Source of the DNA: Chiloscyllium plagiosum
Lineage: Eukaryota
Direction of reading: 5' to 3'
DNA length: 64,000 bases
Assembly: GCF_004010195.1 (NCBI RefSeq)
Contig: NC_057719.1
Span: 39,077,506-39,141,505, forward strand
The notes under the pieces are model-generated. The model was not told the origin of the DNA, did no database searches, and saw only the letters and a program-made list of their open reading frames with translations. This document shows, one piece after another, positions 12,452 to 24,800 of the stretch; within the stretch, counting starts at the first letter, position 1, and each line of letters opens with the position of its first letter. A program made the translations under genes and the position numbers.

Positions 12452-12851
12452 ATGTCAACTGATGGTTTACATGGAGAGAAAGATTCACCTGATGGAAGCC
12501 AGGCCACTTGCAGTCCTTCAGATGTTAAAACTGGAACAACCAAAAAGAAACCAAGCTCCCGCCATAATAGTAAAAAAGTATCTCTAGAAACCAGTGACAT
12601 AGAGGTTGATGAGCCTGATGCAAATCCAAGAGAAGAGACTGGATTATTTAGAAATTTAAGCAAAAGGTTAAGCAAAAGGTTAAATTTGGCATCATCTTTA
12701 TATCCAACCAAAAACAAAACTCTCAATGTATCAGAAGGAAATACAGTAAATAATTTGAAAGTAGACGTCAAAGAACAGGAAGAAAAATGTGATTCAGTAG
12801 AAAACAAAGACGGTAAATGCTCAAGTGAGAACACAAGCTTGCCACTGTCAG
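12452..12851 (+). CDS. exoc3l4: exoc3l4 coding exon 1 (low-complexity, charged N-terminus); exon probably begins at 12406
   Basis: Acceptor ctcattcag|12406; ATG with A at -3; donor TCAG|gtaaga, phase 1; joins to give LPLS-V-MEINQ. Confidence 0.85.
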
Positions 12852-15800
12852 GTAAGAGATAAAAACAGATGATATGAATAAATGGGTCTTTTCCAGAATG
12901 GGAAACAGTGACAACTAGTGAGATACCACAGTGATCACTGCTGGGCCCCACCTAGTCACAATATACAGCACTGATTTGGATGAGGGAATTAAATGAGATG
13001 GGTGAGATTTTCTGGGGAATGGCAAATCTCAAGCAGATTGCCATTTGCTAGACAATCTCACCCATCATATTTCATGCAGATTGCCAATCCAGCCCTATTT
13101 TCTTTCACTAAGAAAGGAAGGTCAACATTTGAGAGCATATTCCACTAGGTCTCCCTCAGAAATGCAGAGCCATATTTCCATTCTGAATTTCTTCCATAGC
13201 ATCGAACTGGCCGATGAGGCAAACCACCCTTTCTTTTCAGTGGTCACCTGCCATATTTTGAAGGTCCCAGTTAAGATCCTCTCAGCCACTCTGACACCCA
13301 CAGTAAGCAGGTGATTATGATTTCAAGGTGCCAAAAGGAGTGGGAGTAAGGTCTTGGGTGTTCAGGTCAGATCTGGTGTGGGAGGGGAATTGCTGGTCAG
13401 TTTGGCAGCATAGATGTCAGTTTTGACAGTGGGCTTGGGGGTATGAGCGGGGATTAGTTCCAGTGGCAGGAGACCAGGGTAGAGTGGGTCAGGGGTTGAC
13501 TTGGGTCTGGCAGAAGGGATGGGGGAGTCTGGTCCAGTGGCTACAGCAGAATGAGTTTCAGGTCCTGCATAAGGTTATGTCATATCCCTGGGATGGGCAT
13601 TGTTGGACTTTGGGGCTGTCAGGTCAGACTCTGGGGAGTGTAGTTGATGGTGTGTGATCGAAGTATGGGGTCAGTTTAATAGTTACTTAGGAATTAGACT
13701 ATTGAATACATAGCCAAACCTTTGCTAAGTGAAAATTTTACTGAATTTCATCAGAACTATCCAAAACCTTAAATTTTTATGGAGGCTTTCAAAGGGTTTT
13801 AGACTTAGAGAAATTGTCCAGAAGAAATTTCAGTCTTCTAGGCAATTCCTTCAATGTGCTACAGTGGGGAATCTGCAGGGTCCCCATGTGCAACTCTGAT
13901 CTACTCTGGAGTAACAACTGTCCAGCCAGTAGAAAATCTGCCCTAGTACTTGCTGAGAACGCAAAACCGAAATGGAGTTGTGATGGAGGAGGTTAAAAGG
14001 CTTCAAGGTAACTTAGACCAGTTGAGTGAGTTGGAAAAAGCATGTAATATGGATAAGTCTGAAGTTATCCACTTTGGCAGGAGAAACAGAATAATGGATT
14101 TTAATTTAAAAGGTGACAGGTTAAGGAAGTTTGGGCTTGAATTTCTGAGGAGTTGCACTCTCTCTCCGATTCCACTCCGGCCTTTCTCTTTCACAAAGGA
14201 AGGGAGGTCTGAATTTCTGAGGAGATTCCAAATCAAGGCTCCCTAAGAAATGTGGAGCCATAATTCCATTTTCAGTTCTTTAGAACACTCAGGAATGAAA
14301 CCTACACCCTGTTTCCAAGACAGTCAGCTACAGTATTCTGAAATTTTAAATGCCCTGACAGCCATTTTGACAGCTGCTGTCAAATCCTAAGTACATAAGG
14401 TAAGTGTGATGTTGGGGTGCTGAAAGGATAGTGTTAGGCAGGTAACGTGCCTGCTAAGGAGGGGGTAGAATGCCAGATGAGTAGAGGTACAGTGCCAGAT
14501 GGTATGATGTGAAGTGGAAAGGATTATGGTGCCAGGGTGCAAAATGACATAGTAAGTTGATTCATTATTTAGGGTGGGACAAGATGGGGGTGAGAAATTT
14601 GGTGTAGTAGGGGAAGGTTTGGGTTAGGTTTGAAGGGTTCAGGTGTAGCGGTAGTCTGGTCCTGTGGTAGGTGCATTATCTGTTCCAGTCCAGTCCAGCA
14701 GGGGAAGGAGGGGTGACAAGGGGTCAAATTGGGTGTTAGGGAGTCAGCTCCAGCCTGCCCCCAGTAGTTGAGTTGGGAGTTATTGTTGTCAGTCTTTGTA
14801 GTTACATATGAGTGAGGCAAGTGTGGTGTATTTTTGTTAAATAGTTACTCAGGTGTTGTATTATATATTTAATAGTCTAACTGCTCCTGAATAACTACTT
14901 TAGTTAATTTCATCAGAACCATCTGTAGTCTCCAATTTAAATAGAGATTTTTGGAAGTTTTCTGGGTGTAATGGATTTGCTCAGCAGAGCAGAACTGGCC
15001 TGTTTCCACTGACTTTCTGTTTCTAGGTTTTTCTGAAAATGGTATTCACGTTTCAATTTAATCACAGAATCTTGCATGCTTTAAAGAGCTGCATATAACT
15101 TGTATCAAAACAAGGATGCAATCACATTGCTTACACTTTAAAAAAAACTTTCATCTCTGTCAATTCTGTAGCTAACTATAATCTTCAAACTTTAGAGCGG
15201 CTGCTACCAACAAAAATTAACTTTTTAATTTCTTGGGAAACCAGGAGGAGGAATGCATCTTGACTTCATGCTCCTTCTGATTAGAATGTGCATGCAGATA
15301 TAAATTAAGCCAGAGGACCAATTTTCAGCTGCCTTTTCCCCTTAATGTTGGGGAATGTACTCTAAGCACTGGATATAAATCCATTTCCTTGCCTGTGGAT
15401 CAGTTTTATTTATTTTATTTGTACTGCCCAAACATCCGAATGCCACCTTTATTTCTGGTTGCCAAAGAAACTGACTTCTCAAAGTGCGCTCTGCAAAACA
15501 TCACACCATAGTCAAAGAATCTTGACTTGTAATCAATTGTTTAGGATATGTCCATCAATGTTCTACTAAGTAATTTCTGTACAGTGCAGATCTTTCAGTC
15601 TATAAATTAATAGATAACTCACTCATTTAAATTATGTATGAAATTTTTATATCTTTGTAAGATCAAAGACTGAAGTGTGGGAATCCTTCAATGTCCCTCT
15701 TTTTGGAGCTCCAGGTCAACAAAGGTAGTTATAACTCCAAGTCCCAGATCCACCTGAGCATAACTAATTCATTGAGGATTGAACTTAGAAACTTACTGGT

Positions 15801-18800
15801 TTCTGAGACTTAATGCCACACCACACATTTACAGATCAGGCCATTGAAGGAGCTTACAAATTTCTTTACTGAAAACCTACTCTGTTTATGATCAAATCTT
15901 TCTATCTCGGAAGGAGTTCCTAATACAGCAGAAACACTAGAATTTGAAATATTCTCCAAAGCCTTCATTCCTTATCACGTATTGTGTGCACGTTTATCCT
16001 TGGAAACCCAACAGAGAAATAAAAATTACAACAAGTTGTTAATACAAATAGTACACAAAATGTAATGCTTTTAAATTACTTACTCTATCTAAATGTTTTG
16101 CAGTAATGGAAATAAACCAGTTAATATCCCAAAACCAGTTACTGGAGGCAAATAAAAATATAAATAAATTGGAAGAAGAGTTGCTCCGTGAAAAAGAGCA
16201 TGAAAAAGATGAAAAATACCGCCAGGAATACACAAAAAAAGTTCGCGATTTTAACTTACTCTGCGACAAGCTTGCTGAGCAAATAATATCCATAGTCACA
16301 AATTCATTCATTATAGCTAAACAAGACAGCAGAAGTTTGTGTATGGCATCAAAGGTTGTTGAACTGGAAGAAGCAGCAGACAAAAAATGGGAAGAAAGAA
16401 TGAATCCTCCTGGCACTAACTGTTTCAGACGTCCTCGGAAGTGGAACGATTTGTGGAAAGAAACAGTTTATAAAAGTGTGCAAGAAAGAATAGCTACTGT
16501 GCCTTTACTTACAAAGCAGCAGGATGTAAAATGGCTTGCATTGCACTTGGAACAACTTCAGCAAACTATTTTGGAAGACCTCAAAATTGTGAAAGATTTC
16601 ATACAAAAATGTTACCCTGAAAATTTCAAGGTTTTTAATGTCTATATAGAATGCTATCACTGTGCAATATCTTCTCACCTGGAACGCATCCAACAGAAAC
16701 ATCTTGAATTGAATGAACTTTATTTGTTTCTCAACTGGGTTCTTCATATCTACCAAAGGTATGTTATCTATATTTTATCATTCATTTCTCTTTTGTATCA
16801 TTCAATAAATTATGAATTCATGTACAATACACAGTTTTACAGTAACTATAGCTATACTGCTACTAATATAAAGACCAGATTCTGCAGATGCTGGAAACCT
16901 GAACGAAGACCAAAAAAACCTGAAAATACATAGCATCTCGTTGTGGAGAGAGAATCAGAGTTAACATTTCAAGTCAATGACCTTTAGTTAGAAGAGTTTC
17001 TAAACAATAAAGGTAAAGTCGCCACAGTCCTTCTGGACCATAATGTGACGACTAGTGGTGATTTAACCTGAGGGTCACCACACCTCAGACAAGAGGAGAG
17101 GTTGCAGAGGGGACTTCTTCATAGTAACCACAGCCAGTGTGGGAATTTAACCCACACGTTGGCATCAGTCTGGATTGCAAACTAGCCACCCAGTTAACTG
17201 AGCTAACCAACGCCCATGTCATAGTATACCCCGGAAGACAGTACTGAACTTGTACAAATACACCTATGTAGCCAGCCTCTGGAATCTCGTGTGGTGTGAA
17301 AAGCTAAACTTTCACACTTACAGGCTCAGCAAAGATGCTTGACAATCTGACATTGATCTTTTTCAAAAATTTGTTTGATGACTTAGAGAAGAAAGTTTGC
17401 TTTTATATTATTATCAAAATATGCTTCTTTGCCTATTGATCACATTCTTGCTGAATTTCCATTGACTTCACTTCTGATCCACTGAATCTGACTATTTTTT
17501 CACTTGCTCAATAAGTAAACTGAACTTGTATAACAGTTGCAAGTAGTTCATAGAGGGTCATCAAATTATATCTTTGCTCCCACTAAGAGCTCAACATATG
17601 TTTTATTTATTACTTAATTAGCATGTTTTTTTTAAACTTAATATTTTCTATTTTTCTCCTCCCTATGGTCTGCATTCATAGTTACCACGATACTGAACAG
17701 GGAGCCTGCTTTTAGGTCCCAGCTAGTTGTTCTGTTACTAACAACAAGGGAGTTATCAAAATGACATATCATTCTCGCTATGCTATTTCCTACCCATGGA
17801 AACAAACATTGATTCCACCACTATAGAATTCAATTTTCATGTGAATTTTTTTATTTTGCAGGGATTTGACATGACCACACCAGGTATAGCAGCAGAGTGA
17901 TCCATAAAAGACAAATTTTTGGTTTTTCAAATTTTCCAATTTAAAAATGATCAGCAAAGCTTTTGTCTTAAACTAACCATCCCAGGGAAAAGACTTTCCA
18001 TTTATCCTATCCGTGCCCCTCGTGATTTTATAAACCTCCTATAAGATCACCCATCGGCCTCTGACTTTCCAGGGAAAACAGTCCCAGCCTATTCAGCCTC
18101 TCCCTATAACTCAAATCCTCCAACCCTGGCAACATCCTTGTAAATCTTTCTGAACCCTTTCAAGTTTCACAACATCTTTCCGATGGGAAGGAGACCAGAA
18201 TTGCACACAATATTCCAACAGTAAGCGAACCAATGTCCTGTACAGCCAAGCATGACCTCCCAACTCCTGTACTCAATACTCTGACCAATAAATGAAAGCC
18301 TACCAAATGCCACCTTCACTATCCTATCTACCTGCGATTCCACTTTTAAAGAGTTATGAACATGTACTCCAAGGTCTTGTTGTTCAGCAACACTCCCTAG
18401 GACTTTACCATTAAGTGTATAAGTCCTGCTAAGATTTGCTTTCCCAAAACGCAGCACCTTTCATTTATCTAAATCTGCCACTTTTCAGCCCATTGACCCA
18501 TCTGGTCATGATCCTGTTGTAATCTGAGGTAACCTTCGCTGTCCACTGCACTTCCAATTTTGGTGTCATCTGGAAACTTACTAACTGTACCTCTTATGCT
18601 CACATCCAAATCATTTATGTAAATGACAAAATGTAGTGGACCCAGCACCGATCCTTGTGGCACTCTGCTGGTCACAAGCCTCCAGTCTGAAAAACAACCC
18701 TCCACCACCAACCTCTGTCTTCTACCTTTGAGCCAGTTCTGTATCCAAATGGCTAGTTCTCCCTGTATTCCATGAAATCTAACCTTGCTAACCAGTCTCC

Positions 18801-21800
18801 CATGGGCAACATTTTTGAACGCCTTACTGAAGTCCATATAGATCACATCTACCGCTCTGCACTCATCAATCCTCTTTGTTACTTCTTCAAAAAACTCAAT
18901 CAAGTTTGTGAGACATGATTTCCCAGCACAAAGCCATGTTGACTTTCCCTAATCAGTCCTTGCCTTTCCAAATACATGTAAATCCTGTCCCTCGGGATTC
19001 CCTCCAACAACTTGCCCACCACTGACGTAAGGCTCACTAATTTATAGTTCCCTGGCTTGTCTTTGCCATCCTTCTTAAACATTGGCAATATGTTAGCCAA
19101 CCTCCAGTCTTCCAGCACCTCACCTATGACTATCGATGATAAAAATATCTCCCCAACAGGCCTAGCAATCACTTCCCTAGCTTCCCACCGAGTTCTCGGG
19201 TACACCTGATCAGGTCCTGGGGATTTATCAACATTAATGCGTTTCAAGATATCCAACACTTCCTCCTTGAGATCCTTCTTCAAAATAGAAGTTTGGGCTT
19301 GATGGTAGGGGGAGAAGAATATAAAGGTTTGGGATAGTGTAATTGGCAGGAGAGAATAAATAGTAAAAATATAGAAGAAAAAAGCAAAAGGATAAGCAAT
19401 CTTTGCAGTAAAGAAACAAAGCAATTGCTCCATTATGTGTGAATGGCAGAAGTATGCATAGCTGTATCTCTGGGTAAAATACATTAAACAAACTTCGGAC
19501 CATATTTCAAAAGATAAAGAATCAGACGGGTGTGGGGGTGGGTGGTCAGAATTCACCATTTGAAATAGTTGAACTCCAGTCCTGAAGGCTGTAAACTGTT
19601 TGATTGGTAATTTGAAGATAACATCCTGTTCTTCGAGCGTGTATTGAGCTTTATTAAAGCAATGCAGCTACCTTGCTTCAAGTCTGAAGAAGAACCCTAT
19701 TCAACTCAAAATGTTAACTTTCTCCACAAATGCTGCCAAAATAGCACTTGCTCTTTTTATTTTGGTTTACCAGCAACTGAAATATTTTGCTTTTATCAAT
19801 TATTGCCTTAATTAGCCTCTAATTCTTCAAATAGATCAGGTTACTTCATTTGATATACCAGTCTGTGTGATATTCTGAAGATCAGGTGCCTAAATGTACC
19901 ATTTTGTTTGCAGTGGTGATGTTATGAGTCATCCTGATCTTTCACCAGAGGTGAATATGAAAGAACTTGGACCTTTGTTAGACCAAGAGGTTATGGAAAA
20001 TGTCATGGACAAATATGCTAAAGCATTGAAGGTATGAATTAAGTGATGAATAGTAACACTCAAGTAATTTACTAAAGGTAAGCAACATTTTACAAGTGCA
20101 GGATGGCTTAAATCAAGACCCTCTTGCAAAATGCCTTCCTCATTTTGGTCAAATGTTTTGCATAACAAGGTTATTGTGCCCAAACTTGATCTCTCATACA
20201 GAAGGTGTGACGCTTTTATTATTGACAGCTCTTCTGGAACTGGAGGATATGGGTCAATGAGCAGAGTAAGAAGGATTTGTTCTCAGCTTAAGAAAATTAA
20301 ACTTGAAACTAGGTCTCCAGCAAAAAATCATTTTCTTCAAGCCATGAAAAAAATGAAATCTTGCAGAGTTGGGAGTGGACAGTCAGGTGACCAATGTATC
20401 TCCACTCTGACATTTTTTTATCAAGGTTGTCATAACTATCAGGACCATTCATTATACTTTTTAGGGGTGGGGAAGCAGTGTTTGGAAACCAGCACAGCTT
20501 CGTAATTTAACTCTGCAGCCCCTAAATCAAAGTGGCTTTTTTTTTACTTGAGCACAAGGACATTGGAGGGTTGCTGCAATATGGACAGAATTGCATTTAT
20601 GTCACTGGTTTTACAACTTGAGTTACTTTTTCAATTGTTCATGCTCATCTCTAGTCATTTATGATCTTGATTAATTGACCTTGAAGGTGGTGATGACATG
20701 CCTTCAACTGTTGCTGCAATCAGTTTTGTGCAGGTATACCCACAATCTTGTTAGGGAGGGAGTTTTGGGGTTTTGAACCTGTGGCACTGAAGGAAGAGAA
20801 ATGTAGTTCTAAGTGGGATGGTGACTAGCTCGGATGGGAATTTGCAGGTGATGGTGTTCCCATGTATCTGTTGTTCTTGTCCTGCTAGATGGTAGTGTCA
20901 TGGTTTGGAATGTGCTGTTAATGAATTTATGTAATGCACCTTAAAAATGGTATACTGCAACAATGCTGTCACTTTAAAAAGGTTATTTTGGGCCTTGTTT
21001 TTTTTTTTTTGAACAGATTGTAAAGGCAGAGATAACAAAGTCTAGGAAGTAACAGTTTAACAATGGAAGGGGATTGGACAGTTCTCCCAGTTCAGGTCTT
21101 TCCTGTGGTTTTTATTTTAGCTGTAGTAGTCGCAGTGTGTTTTGACTCCAGGGAGTTGTAAGCTTCAGTAAAGAACTCCTGACATTTTCCCTGAAATCTC
21201 TCTCTGAAAGTTGTTTCCTTCTGCCTGTAAGAATCTGTTGAATTTAAGAACATAAGAACTAGGAGTACGAGTAGGCCATCTCGCCTTTGGAGCCCACTCC
21301 ACTTTTCAATGTGATCATGACTGATCTTTCCGTGGCTTCAGCTCCACTTACCCACCCTCTCACCATAACCCTTAATTCCTTTACTGTTCAAAAAATGATC
21401 TCTTAGCTTTAAAAACATTTACTGAGGAAGCCACTGGCATGGTGGCTCAGTGGTTAGCACTGCTGCCTCAGTGCCAGGGACCAGGGTTTGATTCCAGCCT
21501 TGGGCAACTGTCTGTGTGGAGTTTGCATATTCTTCCCCTGTCTGTGTGGGTTTTCTCCCACAATCCAAATATGTGCAGGTTAGGTGGATTGCCCATGCTA
21601 ACTTGCCCAAGGTTTTAAGGGATACGCTTTGGAGGGTCAGTGTGGACCTGTTGGGCCAAAAGGCCTATTTCCACACTGTCGGGATTCTACTTCACTGGAC
21701 ATGGAATTCCACAGATTCCCAACCCTCTGGGTGAAGAAGGTCCTTCTCAATTCAGTCCTAAGTGTGCTCCCCCTAATTTTGAGGCTGTGCCCTCCTGTCC

Positions 21801-24800
21801 TAGTTACGCCTGGCAGTGGAAACATCCTCTCTACTTCTATCTTATCTATTTCCTTTAATTCTATTTGTTTCTGCACCCCCACCCCACCCCCATTCTTCCA
21901 GATTCCAATGATTATAATCCCAGTCTACTCAGTGTCTCCTCAAACCAGCCTCCTCAACTCCAGAATTAACCTAGTGAACCTCCTCTGCACATCTTGTGCC
22001 AGTACACCTTCCTCAAGTAAGGAGACAAAAACTGTATGTAGTCCTCCACCAGCACCCTATACAGTTGCAACATAACCTCCCTGCTTTGACACTGAATCTC
22101 TTTAGCAATGAAGGACAAAATTCTATTTGCCTTCCTAATTATCTGTTGCACCTGCAGACCAACCTTCTGTGATTCATGCACAAGGATACCCAGGTCCCTC
22201 TGCACAACAGCATGTTACAATTTTTTTGCAATTCAAATAGTCCTTTTTACTATTATTCCTGCCAAAATGGATGACTTCACATTTATTAACATAGTACTTC
22301 ATCTGCTGGATCTTTGCCCACTTACTTAAACAATCTATGTCCCTTTTTCTGGAGTAGAGTGGTGCTGGAAAAGCACAGCATTTCAGGCAGTATCTGAGGA
22401 GCAGGAAAATTGACGTTTCGGGCAAAAGCCCTTCATCAGGAATATGTCCCTCTGCAAAGTTTCACAGTCCTCTGCACACTTTGCTCTGCCACTCATCTTC
22501 GTGTCATCCACAAACTTTGACACCGTATTCGGGCAAAAGCCCTTCATCAGGAATATGTCCCTCTGCAAAGTTTCAGTCCTCTGCACACTTTGCTCTGCCA
22601 CTCATCTTTGTGTCATCCACAAACTTTGACACCGTATACGTGGTCCCCAACTCTAAATTATCTATGTAAATTGTGCATAATTGCAGTCCCAACACTGATC
22701 TCTAAAGCACGCGAATAGTCACTGATCGGCAACTCTTTTGTCACAAAGCTAGTCTCTTTTTTTTTCTATAAGCTCTTCCTTGGCTCTAAGACTGTCCTTT
22801 TTTTTCAGAGGGGCCGGACTCCAATCAGTTTGGTTTGGTACAGAGATGAAAAAAAGTTCTGTTAGCCGAACTGGGAATTTGTGTTGCAGACGTTTCGTCC
22901 CCTGTCTAGGTGACATCTTCAGTGTTTGGGAGCCTCCTGTGAAGCGCTTCTGTGATGTTTCCTCCGGCATTTGTAGTGGTTTGTCTCTGCCGCTTCCGGT
23001 TGTCAGTTCCAGCTCTCCATTGTAGTGGTCGGTATATTGGGTCCAGGTTGATGTGCTTATTGATTGAATCTGTGGATGAGTGCCATGCCTCTAGGAATTC
23101 CTTGGATGTTCTCTGTTTGGCTTGTCCTATGATAATAGTGTTGTCCCAGTCGAACTCATGTTGCTTGTCATCTGCGTGTGGCTACTAAGGATAGCTGGTC
23201 ATGTCGTTTCGTGGCTAGTTGGTGTTCATGGTGTTCTGCACAAAACACTACATTGGACAAACAGGAAGACAGCTAATGATCCGCATCCATGAACACCAAC
23301 TAGCCACAAAACGACACGACCAGCTATCCTTAGTAGCCAGACCCATCTGGTATCTTTCCAGGAAGGTGAATGTTGATCAACAGAAATATTCAACGGTGGA
23401 GAAAGACTTTAAGCTTGGAGTTGGCATTACAATATTTCTGTGTTTATATTGCTGGCAATGCATCAGAGACAACTGTATACACTGATCAAAACCCATTGAC
23501 ATTTGTGGAAAAATTTTAAGGACAAAAATGCCAGACTGTTTAGATTGAATGGCTGCAACAAGCTCCATGTGACAATTCATCACATCCATGTCAGTCGTCT
23601 TGCATGTTGTTGGCACTTCAGTCCTACCACGCAAGTGGAGAATTTTTCACCACACTGCTGGTTTGTGCCTTGTAGATGATGGACAGGCTTCGGGGAGTCA
23701 GGAGGTGAGTTATGATATTGTTGTTGTGCTAGTAATCCAGATACCCAGATAAAGCCCTGGAGCTGTGGATTGAAATCCTACCACGGGACATGGTAGAATC
23801 TGATTTTTGGTTTTAATTGCCGAGGGTGAGTTCCAGGATTTTGACCAAGCAACGTTATAGGAATGATGATTTTATTTCCAAGTGAAAGGAGTGAGTTACT
23901 TGCAGGTGATAATGATATGATTTGTCTGCTGCCCTTGTCCTTCTAAGTAGGTTAAAGGTTCAGAAACGGGGGCCTAAGGAGCTGTGGCCAATTTCAGCAA
24001 TGAATCTTGGAAATTTCATATCAAGTCAGCCACTTTGGTCTGGATGGTGTCAAGTTAATTGAGTGTTGTTGGAGCTGCATTCATCCAGCCAGTTGGAGGG
24101 TATGCCATCACACCCCTGACTTGTGCCTTTGTAGGACAGGCTTTGGGAATCAGGAAATAAGTTGCTCACTTCAGGATTCCTAACATCTGATTTGCTCTTC
24201 TAGCCACATTATTTATATGGCTAGTCCAGCTCAGTTTCTGGTCAATGATAAACCCCTGAATGTTACTGGTGGGGGAATTCAGTGATAGTAATGTCATTAA
24301 ATGTCTGCTCTTGGAAATGGATGTTGTGTAAATGTTACTTGTTAGCCCAAATCTGAATATTGCCCATGTCTTGCTGCATTTGAAAATGATCTGCTTCAGT
24401 GTCAGAGTCACAAAAGATACTCACCATTGTGGAATTGGCAATGAATATTACCATATGTGACCTGATGATAGAGAAAAGTTAATTGAAGTATTGTTGGGAC
24501 CATGACACTACCCTAAGGCACTCCTTCAAAGATGTCCTGGAACTGAGATGACTGACCTCCAACAGCCACTGCCATTCTCCTTTATGCCAGATGTGACTCC
24601 CAACTAGTGGAGAGTTTTTCCCCTGATTCTCCTGCCTCTAGTTTTGCCAGGGTATCTTAATGTCCCATTAGTGAAAAGGAATAATTAGTATTGCCTCCCT
24701 TCAAGGGTTCAGCTCTTTGTCCATCCTAAAACAAGTTTGTAATGAAGTCAGAAGCTTATTTTTGATTTTTCTAGTGCCAATGAGCATCAGTGTTTAGTAA

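Larger units (their letters stand above)
21250..22730 (-). mobile_element. CR1-like LINE 3' part with a nested SINE and a mini-insertion
   Basis: QRDLGILVHESQKVGLQVQQ, SKFVDDTK, TGGHSLKIRG; tail taagaacataagaa at about 21250. Confidence 0.85.

Noticed and set aside
12373..12951. 192-aa minus-strand ORF
   Set aside because: Antisense shadow of coding exon 1 running into CR1 sequence; no recognisable protein features.
16759..16933. C-terminal extension of the 275-aa ORF
   Set aside because: Read-through past the donor at 16758/16759 into AT-rich intron and repeat sequence.
23219..23485. 88-aa ORF as a novel nuclease-RNase H fusion gene
   Set aside because: Chance junction of a Penelope inversion and a frameshifted Gypsy fragment.
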